Positions 9,097 through 17,806 of a stretch of DNA of 64,000 bases are shown piece by piece. Source of the DNA: Prochlorococcus sp. AG-670-N10 (GTDB lineage Bacteria > Cyanobacteriota > Cyanobacteriia > PCC-6307 > Cyanobiaceae); contig QCSX01000004.1 in the NCBI GenBank assembly GCA_003209065.1, positions 1,328 to 65,327 of the forward strand. Direction: 5' to 3'. The position numbers and the translations under genes are program-made. Position 1 is the first letter of the stretch. Each line of letters begins with the position of its first letter. The notes below the pieces were generated by a model. It had not been told where the DNA came from, did no database searches, and saw nothing but the letters and a program-made list of their open reading frames with translations.

Positions 9097-9780
9097 TTAA
9101 TTTTTATAATAATCATTATATAAAGATTTTATTGACTCCCCTTTTAACCATCTTTTCCTATAACTCCAATTCTTGATTGCTTGAAAAATAATATTAGTTT
9201 TTTCCCACTTCCTACTACTTGTATAAATTGGAATAGTTAATCTTTTTAAAGATGCCTTATTCTTTAATCTTTTTATAAAATCTAAATCCTCCATCAAAGG
9301 AATTTTTCGATAACCTTTGTTTTTAAAATATGTTTCCCTGTGAATTAAGAGACCTTGATCGCCATATGGATCTTTGAAGATGTAGCTTCTAAGATTTACA
9401 ACTATCTCGAGAAATCTGTAAATAATCTTTTTATTATTAATCTTGAATTTAAAAAAACAAACAGAATTTTCATTGTATCTTATTACTGAAGTTACTTTTT
9501 TTAACCAATAATGACTAAGCCTAGAATCGGCATGTAAGAAAATAAACCATTTTCCTGTAGCCTTTTTGGCTCCGATATTTAATTGCAACCCTCTGTTCTT
9601 CTTTTTTGATTTATATATCTTTGATCCATATAACTTTCCTATATCTAAAGTTTTATCCTTACTATGACAATCTACAATTATAATTTCAGCATCCTCATTA
9701 GAAATTGATAAATCCGAGAGAAGTAATGGTAGGTTCTGAGATTCGTTATACGTTGGAATAATAATTGAGATTTTAGGCAA
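9097..9780 (-). CDS. Family-2 glycosyltransferase (TIGR04283-like, rSAM/selenodomain-associated or arsenosugar-type transferase 2)
   Basis: It has a GT2 N-terminus (ISIIIPTYNE), is 227 aa long, and is paired head-to-tail with a DUF2064 gene. The subfamily assignment is from memory. Confidence 0.65.
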   Translation of the reverse strand: MPKISIIIPTYNESQNLPLLLSDLSISNEDAEIIIVDCHSKDKTLDIGKLYGSKIYKSKKKNRGLQLNIGAKKATGKWFIFLHADSRLSHYWLKKVTSVIRYNENSVCFFKFKINNKKIIYRFLEIVVNLRSYIFKDPYGDQGLLIHRETYFKNKGYRKIPLMEDLDFIKRLKNKASLKRLTIPIYTSSRKWEKTNIIFQAIKNWSYRKRWLKGESIKSLYNDYYKN

Positions 9781-9785
9781 CTTAA

Positions 9786-10421
9786 TTATTCTCTTTTTTC
9801 GATATCTATTATTGTATCAATATCTATTTTTCTATGAAGGAAGTAATGCTTTGAGTCCATTGAAGAAAAGTTTTTAATAGTTTGTGTAAGGACTTCTTCT
9901 CTACCCCATTTAATGTTTATAAAGGGTAAATATAAATTGGTAGATAATAATCTTTCAGAAAAAGCAATAAGCCAATATCCTCCATCATTAGAGGGGCCTA
10001 AAATCAGATCATTTTTTTTTAGTTTTGAAAGAGTATTTAATAAATCCATATGACAAAAATCTGGAAGATCAGTTCCTATAAAAATAATATTTCTTGTTTT
10101 TTTTAAACTATATTTTTTATTGATGAGAATTTGCCTTCTCATCTTTTCTCCTAAACATCCTCTACCTTGTAAATTAAAATTTTTAATTCCTAATTCATTG
10201 CACCACCTTTTACTTTTTTTTAATCCTAGTCCAGATATGGCTAAGGAAATATCAATCAAACCCTTATTTTCCAGGAATTTCGCAACTGAAACAGTATGAC
10301 CTGTCATTTTTTTCTGTACTTTTGCAGAACTAATTTTCCCTATATCTTTTGATAATCTATTTTTACAACGACCATAAGCATGCCATTTAGCCATCACTAT
10401 GAGTAGTGCTTTATCCAACAA
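9786..10421 (-). CDS. DUF2064 / TIGR04282-like nucleotidyltransferase-fold transferase 1
   Basis: The N-terminus LIVMAKWHAYGRCKNRLSKDIG matches the DUF2064 pattern (AK.P..G..KTRL). It lies 5 nt upstream of the GT2 gene. Confidence 0.6.
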   Translation of the reverse strand: MLDKALLIVMAKWHAYGRCKNRLSKDIGKISSAKVQKKMTGHTVSVAKFLENKGLIDISLAISGLGLKKSKRWCNELGIKNFNLQGRGCLGEKMRRQILINKKYSLKKTRNIIFIGTDLPDFCHMDLLNTLSKLKKNDLILGPSNDGGYWLIAFSERLLSTNLYLPFINIKWGREEVLTQTIKNFSSMDSKHYFLHRKIDIDTIIDIEKRE

Positions 10422-10589
10422 AACATAAACAAGATGTAATTATTATAAGGTTTAAGCAATTAGTAGATTCCACTTTTTGAAATTTATAATCTGCATTGTT
10501 AATAAATTTTAAATTTATCATGATCTTATGATTTGAGAATGACCAATTAATAAATTCCCACTAGATTAAATATCTATTGAAAAAATTTA

Positions 10590-11981
10590 GTGCAAACAGC
10601 CAATCCTATTTGGGCAGAAGTTCAACAATTACTTCAAAAGAATTTAAGCAAGCCCTCTTTCGAAACTTGGATAAGGCCAGCAAAATTTAATTGTTTTGAA
10701 AATGGATTGTTAACTTTGATTACTCCAAATAACTTTACAAGTGATTGGCTAAGAAAAAATTATAGTGAAACTATTGAAAAAGCTGCAGAAGAAATTTGTG
10801 GACATAATGTAAAAGTAGTTTTTAAGTCTGAAACTAATATCAAGAACAATTCAAATTCTTCTGATTCTGTTAGCCTGCAAAATATTAATTCTCAATCAAA
10901 ATCGTTTTTGACAAATCAAGGTAATAATTTAGTTAATAGATCAAAAAAATCTCATTCTTTAAATACACGTTATGTCTTTAAAAGATTTGTTGTAGGACCT
11001 AATAGTCGAATGGCTCATGCTGCTGCTTTAGCAGTGGCAGAATCTCCAGGAAGAGAATTTAATCCCTTATTTATTTGTGGTGGTGTTGGCCTTGGAAAGA
11101 CTCACTTGATGCAAGCTGTTGGTCATTATCGAGTAGAAATTGATCCAGATGCGAAGGTTTTATATGTCTCCACTGAAACTTTCAGTAGTGATTTAATTCA
11201 ATCTATTAGAAAAGATGGAATGCATGCCTTTAAAAATAAATATAGATCAGTTGATCTATTATTAATTGACGATATTCAATTCTTAGAGGGCAAGGAATAT
11301 ACACAAGAAGAATTTTTTAATACTTTCAATGCATTATATGAAGCGGGTAAACAAATCGTTATTGCAAGTGATAGGCCTCCTAGTCAAATACCTAAATTAC
11401 AAGAAAGGCTAATTTCTAGATTCTCAATGGGATTAATAGCAGATATTCAACCTCCAGATATAGAGACAAGAATGGCGATTCTGCAGAAAAAAGCTGAACA
11501 AGAAAGAATGAATCTCCCAAGAGATTTGATTCAATTTATCGCAGGAAGATTTTCCTCAAATATTCGAGAATTAGAGGGAGCCTTTACTAGGGCAGTAGCT
11601 TTTGCCTCAATAACAGGGTTACCTATGACAGTTCAATCAATTGCTCCAATGCTTGATCCAAATAGCGTTGGAGTAGTAGTGACTCCTAAGCAGGTAATAA
11701 AAAAAGTCTCAGATTTCTTTGAAGTTTCACCTGAAGAATTAGTTAGTTCAAGCAGAAGAAAGCCAGTTAGCCAGGCAAGGCAAATAGGCATGTATCTAAT
11801 GAGGCAGGGAACTGAACTAAGCCTTCCAAAAATTGGAGATGAATTTGGAGGTAAAGACCATACAACAGTTATGTATGCTATTGATCAAGTGGAAAAAAAA
11901 TTGTCAAGTGATCCAAATGTTGCCAGTCAAGTTCAAAAAATAAAAGATTTACTACAAATCGATTCAAGAAAAAATTTATAA
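10590..11981 (+). CDS. dnaA: Chromosomal replication initiator DnaA
   Basis: It has a GTG start, AAA+ Walker [11 protein letters not shown], Walker [10 protein letters not shown], and a C-terminal DNA-binding helix ([11 protein letters not shown]). Confidence 0.92.
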   Translation: MQTANPIWAEVQQLLQKNLSKPSFETWIRPAKFNCFENGLLTLITPNNFTSDWLRKNYSETIEKAAEEICGHNVKVVFKSETNIKNNSNSSDSVSLQNINSQSKSFLTNQGNNLVNRSKKSHSLNTRYVFKRFVVGPNSRMAHAAALAVAESPGREFNPLFICGGVGLGKTHLMQAVGHYRVEIDPDAKVLYVSTETFSSDLIQSIRKDGMHAFKNKYRSVDLLLIDDIQFLEGKEYTQEEFFNTFNALYEAGKQIVIASDRPPSQIPKLQERLISRFSMGLIADIQPPDIETRMAILQKKAEQERMNLPRDLIQFIAGRFSSNIRELEGAFTRAVAFASITGLPMTVQSIAPMLDPNSVGVVVTPKQVIKKVSDFFEVSPEELVSSSRRKPVSQARQIGMYLMRQGTELSLPKIGDEFGGKDHTTVMYAIDQVEKKLSSDPNVASQVQKIKDLLQIDSRKNL

Positions 11982-13214
11982 TCTTTGTTTTAATATAAAT
12001 CTGGCAGGATCTTGATCATATCTATGTTTCTCTGGAATTTTATCAATTTTGGAATTAAGATTTGTTGACTCAATTTTATTTAAAGATTGTCTTAATATCC
12101 TTGCAGAAATTATAGGCATATCTCTTGGCACAGAAATTCTATTTTTTAAATAGTTGATGGATGTAACTGCCTTGTTTGGAACTTCATTGATTTCAGAGGT
12201 AATCATATAGGTAAGAGCAGACCTTAATGATTCCTCAAATAAGTCTTTTTCATAAGGATTAGCATTAATAATATTGTCTTTATGTTTCAGGACTCTTTTA
12301 AGTGCAAATTTAGCGTAATAATCGAAGTCTATATCTTGATTAAATTCCAAGTTCCCTAGTCCTTCTCCAACATCTATTAGATTAGAAAAGGAAATTTGTT
12401 GATCATTAACATCCCTAAAGCAGCCACCCATTTGAGGAGGTAGATCATGGGAATGAGTATGAAAATCACCTTGAGTACCTCTATATGCACTGAAATTTTC
12501 AAAAAGGGTTAACCATCTATCAATAAAAGGATAATTATTTCTTAAATCGAACCCCTTGTAATAACTTAATGAAGCGTTCATTCTTTCCATATATGGAATA
12601 AAGATTATGTCTCCAGTTCCTGGCTCTAATTTTTCTGAATCATATATTGATGAATCAATAAATCCTGTTTTGGATAAACTTAATATTTTTTCTAATTTGT
12701 AAATAGATTCTTTAAATTTATTTTTTCGAAAGGATTCATCTAAATAACTAAAGCTATTTCTGCAAAGCCAATTACACCATGATCTAAAAATTTCTCTTTC
12801 TAAATTTCTAGCTTCTCGAATATCATTTGATAATAGAGAGGAACCAAGTGTTCCAAATTCATTTTCTAAAAAAGTGATAATATCATCACTTTCAGTTATT
12901 ATCTGGCCATTAAATTCGATTGCAGGTAATTTACCTGAACTAACTTTCTTGAGGTACCATTCTTCTTTTTGGCCATAACAATACATATTTATTTTCTTTA
13001 CTTTGTAAGGAATCCTTTTAAATTCAAGCCATAACCATATTTTCTGACAGTAAGGACACCAAGAATGTCTATCCCTATACAAAATTAGCTCGACTTCTTT
13101 TTCACTATGACCAAATAATCTTAAGTTTGAATAAGAATTATTTATCCCATTAACTCTATCAATATCATCAATTTCGAATTTACTTAAATCGGCCCAATTC
13201 AAGATGTTATTCAT
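11976..13214 (-). CDS. Glutaredoxin/GST-like fusion protein (annotated as a glutathione S-transferase family member in relatives)
   Basis: The N-terminal thioredoxin fold has a CPYC motif (nt 13047-13058) and a GST-N-like segment ([18 protein letters not shown]). The C-terminal roughly 250 aa are unassigned. Confidence 0.6.
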   Translation of the reverse strand: MNNILNWADLSKFEIDDIDRVNGINNSYSNLRLFGHSEKEVELILYRDRHSWCPYCQKIWLWLEFKRIPYKVKKINMYCYGQKEEWYLKKVSSGKLPAIEFNGQIITESDDIITFLENEFGTLGSSLLSNDIREARNLEREIFRSWCNWLCRNSFSYLDESFRKNKFKESIYKLEKILSLSKTGFIDSSIYDSEKLEPGTGDIIFIPYMERMNASLSYYKGFDLRNNYPFIDRWLTLFENFSAYRGTQGDFHTHSHDLPPQMGGCFRDVNDQQISFSNLIDVGEGLGNLEFNQDIDFDYYAKFALKRVLKHKDNIINANPYEKDLFEESLRSALTYMITSEINEVPNKAVTSINYLKNRISVPRDMPIISARILRQSLNKIESTNLNSKIDKIPEKHRYDQDPARFILKQRL

Positions 13215-13265
13215 TTATTGAAATTAAGCATTATATTTACGATATAATAAATGATTTAAAAAATT

Positions 13266-14624
13266 TTGGAATTTGACTTAATTGTTCTGGGTGCAGGTTC
13301 GGGAGGATTAGCTGCTGCAAAACGAGCTGCGAGTTATGGCGCAAAAGTTGCAATAATAGAAGTAAACAAAATAGGTGGGACCTGCGTTATTCGAGGTTGT
13401 GTGCCAAAAAAACTGATGGTTTATGCTGCTAATAATAGAAGGAATATGCTTTCTTCTGAAGGGTATGGATTAATTAGCAAAGAAATAACTTTTAAATCTA
13501 ATATCTTACTAAATAATGTTAGAAAAGAAGTTTCTAGATTAAGTGTCTTACATTCAAATTCTTTAAAAAAATTAAACGTTAAAGTTTTTGAGGGCCTTGG
13601 AAGATTTTTAAATCAAAATACAATAGAAGTAGTTTGTCCAAAAACAAAAAATATTTTAAGAAAATTAAGTGCTAAAAATATTCTTATTTCAGTTGGTGGT
13701 AAACCAAAAAAATTAAATATTCCTGGAACAGATTTAGCATGGACTAGCGATGATATTTTTGAATTAAAAGATTTTCCTAAAAAATTATTGATAGTTGGTG
13801 GAGGTTATATTGCTTGTGAATTTGCTTCCATTTTCAAAAACTTGGGCACTGAAGTTACGCAATTAGTTAGAGGTAAGAACTTATTAAATGGCTTTGATAA
13901 AGATTTGTCAGAATGTTTAGAAAAATCAATGACTTCCTTGGGTATAAATTTAAAATTTAATAATCAATTAAAGTCCATAAAAAAAATAAATGATGATTTA
14001 GAGTCGACTTTGGAATCAGGAAGTAAATTGTTAAACAATAATATACTTTTTGCAACTGGACGAGAGCCTGCTCTTAAAAGATTAAATCTAAATATTTTAA
14101 ATCTAAAAATGGATGGAATATATTTAGAAGTTAATGAACTAAATCAGACCAGTAATTCTAATATATTTGCTATTGGAGATATAATAAAAAAACCAAATTT
14201 AACGCCAGTAGCAATTGAGCAAGGGAGAGTTTTTGCAGATAATTTTTTCGCTGATCTTAAAAGAAAAGTTAATTATGAAAATATTCCTAAGGCAGTTTTT
14301 ACTATCCCAGAAATTTCAACAGTTGGTCTTAGCGAGGAAAATGCAAAAGAAATTTATTCGGAAGAAAATATAAAAGTTTTTAAGTGTAATTTTACTCCGA
14401 TGTCAAATACCTTCAAACAAAACAAATCTAAATGTATGTTAAAACTTGTGGTCCATAAAAAAAATGATAAGGTCCTGGGCTGCCATATGTTTGGAGAAGC
14501 AGCTTCTGAGATTATACAAATGGTTTCAGTGTCTTTAAATGCAGGGATTACTAAAAAGGATTTTGATACTACCATGGCGTTGCATCCAACTATCTCAGAG
14601 GAATTTGTAACTATGTATGGGTAA
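13266..14624 (+). CDS. gor: Glutathione reductase
   Basis: It has a TTG start, FAD motif GAGSGG, redox-active GGTCVIRGCVPKK, and a C-terminal dimerisation HPTISEE. Confidence 0.85.
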   Translation: MEFDLIVLGAGSGGLAAAKRAASYGAKVAIIEVNKIGGTCVIRGCVPKKLMVYAANNRRNMLSSEGYGLISKEITFKSNILLNNVRKEVSRLSVLHSNSLKKLNVKVFEGLGRFLNQNTIEVVCPKTKNILRKLSAKNILISVGGKPKKLNIPGTDLAWTSDDIFELKDFPKKLLIVGGGYIACEFASIFKNLGTEVTQLVRGKNLLNGFDKDLSECLEKSMTSLGINLKFNNQLKSIKKINDDLESTLESGSKLLNNNILFATGREPALKRLNLNILNLKMDGIYLEVNELNQTSNSNIFAIGDIIKKPNLTPVAIEQGRVFADNFFADLKRKVNYENIPKAVFTIPEISTVGLSEENAKEIYSEENIKVFKCNFTPMSNTFKQNKSKCMLKLVVHKKNDKVLGCHMFGEAASEIIQMVSVSLNAGITKKDFDTTMALHPTISEEFVTMYG

Positions 14625-14629
14625 TTAAA

Positions 14630-15709
14630 TTATCTTCTAGAAATTTTTAGACTTTCTTGGGCAAAAAGATATACTGTGAAAAATGCAAAATAAATAAAAA
14701 TAAAAACTCTCAATTCATAGAGATTGTTAAATCCATTTAAGAACAATATCTTATCAATGATGTAGAAAATATATAGATTTAATAGTATAAAGCCCTCAGT
14801 TCTAGTAATTTTACCCTTTGTCCAGAAGATTGGGAGGCAGGCAAAAGTAGTTAAAACCATAAATGGTAAGTCAACTTTTATTAGGCTTTGATCAATTGTA
14901 AAACCTTTTAATCCAGAAAAAACACTGCAACTTCCAAGAATAAGAAGCTGATTCAGCAAATTGCTTCCAATAACATTACCAATTGCAAGATCTGTTTTAC
15001 CTTTCAATGCTGCAATTATTGAAGTAACTAGTTCTGGTAGAGAGGTTCCTGTGGCAACTATAGTTAGACCAATAATGATTTCATTTACTCCTAATAGAGT
15101 AGCTAAGGATTGAGAACCATTTACTAAAATATTTGAACCAAAGCTAAGAAGAAAAATTCCAGATATTAATTTTAATATAATATTAAACTTACCTTTCTCA
15201 ATGCCTGAAGATTCTTCAATCTCTGGCTCCGCTTTTTTATTATCTTCCTCATTTTCTTTAATTGTATTTATTTCCCAAATTGTATTTAAAGTTAAACAAA
15301 ATATTAGAAAAATGCCTGCTTGCCAAGTTAAAAGACCAGTTGAAGACATTGCCCAGACTGCACATGAAATAGCTATTAAAAGAGGAACATCTCTGCGGAC
15401 AATTCTACTTTTTACTTTTAAAGGGGTAATTAATGAACTTATTCCTAAGACAACAAGAACATTAAAAATATTGCTTCCTATTACATTGCTTGCAGCGAGT
15501 GAGTCACTCCCTTTAAAGATTGAATTTAAACTTACTAATAATTCAGGAGAACTTGTACCTAAGGAAACAACAGTTAATCCTATTACTATTTGAGGTATTC
15601 CTAAAATTAATGATAAAGAAATTGCCCCTTGAATAAATAATTCTCCACCTGCAAAAAGTAATATTATTCCAATTATAATCTCTACTATTGGTAATATAAA
15701 TTCACTCAT
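14630..15709 (-). CDS. Ca2+/cation antiporter, CaCA (YrbG) family
   Basis: It is a polytopic protein with two alpha-repeats, GTSSPEL and GTSLPEL, and an acidic central loop. Confidence 0.85.
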   Translation of the reverse strand: MSEFILPIVEIIIGIILLFAGGELFIQGAISLSLILGIPQIVIGLTVVSLGTSSPELLVSLNSIFKGSDSLAASNVIGSNIFNVLVVLGISSLITPLKVKSRIVRRDVPLLIAISCAVWAMSSTGLLTWQAGIFLIFCLTLNTIWEINTIKENEEDNKKAEPEIEESSGIEKGKFNIILKLISGIFLLSFGSNILVNGSQSLATLLGVNEIIIGLTIVATGTSLPELVTSIIAALKGKTDLAIGNVIGSNLLNQLLILGSCSVFSGLKGFTIDQSLIKVDLPFMVLTTFACLPIFWTKGKITRTEGFILLNLYIFYIIDKILFLNGFNNLYELRVFIFIYFAFFTVYLFAQESLKISRR

Positions 15710-15816
15710 ATTTAAAAGACTTATTTAGATGATTATATCTTTAATTTATTCAATAACTATCTTAAAACTATTGTCAATTTTTATTTGCTGTTAAGATTAA
15801 TTAAATAATTAAAATT

Positions 15817-16866
15817 TTGAAAGAATTAACTATATTAAAACCTGATGATTGGCATTTACACTTAAGGGAAGGAATTGTTTTAAAAAATATTATTAGTTTT
15901 ACATCTGAATTCTTTGGAAGAGCCATTGTGATGCCAAACACCAAAAACCCAATAACCTCTATAGAAAAATGTATTTCTTATAAGAAATCTATATCTGAGG
16001 CATTGTCTGGTAATTCCACTTTTGAGCCATTAATGACGATATATCTGACGGATGAGACAATAAAAAATGAATTAATAGAAGGCTTTAATAATAAAGTTTT
16101 CTTTGCTGCTAAATTGTATCCTGCTAATGCAACAACAAACTCCAGCCATGGAGTTAAAAAAATAGAGAATCTTTATGGAATATTTGAAGTTATGCAAGAA
16201 CTTGGAATGCCACTTTTAATTCATGGAGAAGTAACTGATCCTGAAGTAGATATTTTTGATAGGGAAGAAGTTTTTATAGATAAAGAACTTTCACCTTTAA
16301 TAGATCAATTTCCAAAATTAAAGATTGTTTTGGAACATATAACCACCTCTCATGCAGTTGATTTTGTTCAGAGTAATAACTTAGGAGCTACTATTACTCC
16401 TCATCATTTACACATAAATAGGAATGCAATGTTCTTTGGAGGTCTTAATAGTGACTTTTACTGCTTACCAGTCGCTAAAAGAGAAAATAATAGAATTGCT
16501 TTAAGGAAAGCTGCTACTAGTGGGAAAGAATGCTTTTTCTTGGGTACAGATTCTGCTCCTCACTTAAGACAGTGGAAAGCTTTTTGTGGTTGTGCAGGCA
16601 TTTTTAATTCTCCAGTAGCAATAGAAAGTTATTTAAAAGTTTTTGAGGAGGAAAATTCACTAAATCAATTCGAAAAGTTTGCTAGCTTGAATGGACCTAC
16701 TTTTTATAATTTACCTATTAATAAAGAAAAAATAAGATTGGTATCTAGTTCATATGAAATTCCAGAATTTATTGAAGTAATTGAGAAAAATAAGGTTGTT
16801 GGAAAAATAAAACCATTTCATGGAGGTGAAACTTTAAATTGGCGAGTAGAGGGAGTAGTTAAATAA
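15817..16866 (+). CDS. pyrC: Dihydroorotase (class II)
   Basis: It has a TTG start and the PDDWHLHLR metal-binding motif. The 349-aa length is typical of E. coli-type PyrC. Confidence 0.88.
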   Translation: MKELTILKPDDWHLHLREGIVLKNIISFTSEFFGRAIVMPNTKNPITSIEKCISYKKSISEALSGNSTFEPLMTIYLTDETIKNELIEGFNNKVFFAAKLYPANATTNSSHGVKKIENLYGIFEVMQELGMPLLIHGEVTDPEVDIFDREEVFIDKELSPLIDQFPKLKIVLEHITTSHAVDFVQSNNLGATITPHHLHINRNAMFFGGLNSDFYCLPVAKRENNRIALRKAATSGKECFFLGTDSAPHLRQWKAFCGCAGIFNSPVAIESYLKVFEEENSLNQFEKFASLNGPTFYNLPINKEKIRLVSSSYEIPEFIEVIEKNKVVGKIKPFHGGETLNWRVEGVVK

Positions 16867-16966
16867 AAATTAAGAAATTGTATTAAATACAGGAAAATAT
16901 GAGTTTAAATTTTTTTAAAAAAGATTAATTTAATGATTGAAAGATTTAAATTAATCTCAAGATCCC

Positions 16967-16999
16967 GAGAAAATGTAAATTTTCGCATTTTTCTTGTTT
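16967..16999 (+). terminator. Weak candidate intrinsic terminator downstream of pyrC
   Basis: The hairpin is gaaaat-gtaa-attttc (16969-16984), with a flanking g67-c86 pair, followed by the T-rich tract atttttcttgttt. The stem is AT-rich and short. Confidence 0.3.
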
Positions 17000-17044
17000 A
17001 ATTGATATGGTTTCGGCTACGATTGGAAAGCGCAAATTCCTTTT

Positions 17045-17130
17045 GGGAGTGTGGCGGAATTGGTAGACGCGCCGGACTTAAAATCCGTCGAGCGCTTTAG
17101 CTCGTGGGGGTTCAAGTCCCCCCACTCCCA
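17045..17130 (+). tRNA. trnL-UAA: tRNA-Leu (anticodon UAA), type II with long variable arm, uninterrupted
   Basis: The acceptor stem GGGAGTG/CACTCCC is followed by discriminator A. The D-loop is AATTGGTAGA and the anticodon loop is cTTAAaa. The variable arm is gagc-gcttta-gctc and the T-arm is GGGGG-TTCAAGT-CCCCC. No CCA is encoded. Confidence 0.93.
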
Positions 17131-17209
17131 TTCTTAAACTATTTATTTTTAGTTCTTACGATAACTTTTAATAGTTGTTAAGTTTTAACTAAATAAACCA
17201 GAAATTTAA

Positions 17210-17443
17210 ATGGAAAGTATTTTTAATAATTCATTTGCTACTTTAGTTGCCTACGTTGGAATTATTTTTATTTATTTAGTTGTTATTCCGTTAATACTTT
17301 TTTACTGGATGAATAATAGATGGAATGTTATGGGCAAATTTGAGAGATTAATAGTTTATGGATTAGTATTCCTTTTTTTTCCAGGTTTAATTTTATTTTC
17401 TCCTTTTTTAAATCTCAGATTAAAAGGAGATAGTAAAGGTTAA
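17210..17443 (+). CDS. ndhL: NAD(P)H-quinone oxidoreductase subunit L (NDH-1 NdhL)
   Basis: This 77-aa two-TM protein has the characteristic [36 protein letters not shown]. Confidence 0.8.
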   Translation: MESIFNNSFATLVAYVGIIFIYLVVIPLILFYWMNNRWNVMGKFERLIVYGLVFLFFPGLILFSPFLNLRLKGDSKG

Positions 17444-17447
17444 AAAA

Positions 17448-17768
17448 TTGACTAAAGGTAAAGTAGTACAAATAGGTTTATTAATCTCATTATTAGGACT
17501 GTTAAGTTATAAATTGGCCCCACAATTCGGTCTTGATAACTTTACAGCTAGTACAATCTCAAACTTTATCTTGATTGTGATTGTGATAACTTGGGTTTCA
17601 TCTTATGTTTTTAGAGTTTTAAATGGAAAAATGACTTTTATGGAACAAAGGAAGCGTTATAGAAAAGAGTATGAAAAAATTGTGAATGATAAACTAGAGA
17701 CCAAATTTAACTTATTACCAAAAGAAGAGCAGGAAAAACTAATGGAAGATTTAGAAAAAAATCCATAA
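17448..17768 (+). CDS. Conserved cyanobacterial membrane protein (DUF3007-like)
   Basis: It has a TTG start 4 nt after ndhL, two predicted TM helices and a charged C-terminal tail. The family name is from memory. Confidence 0.45.
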   Translation: MTKGKVVQIGLLISLLGLLSYKLAPQFGLDNFTASTISNFILIVIVITWVSSYVFRVLNGKMTFMEQRKRYRKEYEKIVNDKLETKFNLLPKEEQEKLMEDLEKNP

Positions 17769-17806
17769 ACTCCTTAAGAATTATCAAATAAAAATCTCAA
17801 AAATTC

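Noticed and set aside
10422-10589. I considered whether oriC lies next to dnaA.
   Set aside because: There is only one DnaA-box-like site and no AT-rich unwinding repeats beyond the background composition. In this lineage the origin is predicted near dnaN.
15201-15593. A 130-aa plus-strand ORF in the track lies inside the CaCA antiporter gene.
   Set aside because: It is entirely antisense to a well-supported membrane transporter and has low-complexity composition with no recognisable motif. Long spurious antisense ORFs are expected in AT-rich coding DNA. The same reasoning rejects 14..223, 594..791, 1196..1405, 1498..1692, 1961..2152, 8220..8408, 14354..14575, 18443..18643, 18740..18937, 20307..20516, 20734..20955, 23355..23573, 24708..25217, 26887..27141, 27311..27559, 29749..29955, 30341..30529, 40934..41128, 42399..42584, 44035..44265, 44962..45147, 47311..47496, 49743..50006, 51110..51307, 55691..55927 and 63513..63725.
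16933-17001. A 22-codon mini-ORF (MIERFKLISRSRENVNFRIFLV) lies in the pyrC/tRNA-Leu spacer.
   Set aside because: It has no Shine-Dalgarno sequence and is not hydrophobic like known small photosynthetic subunits. It overlaps hairpin arms that are better explained as RNA structure.
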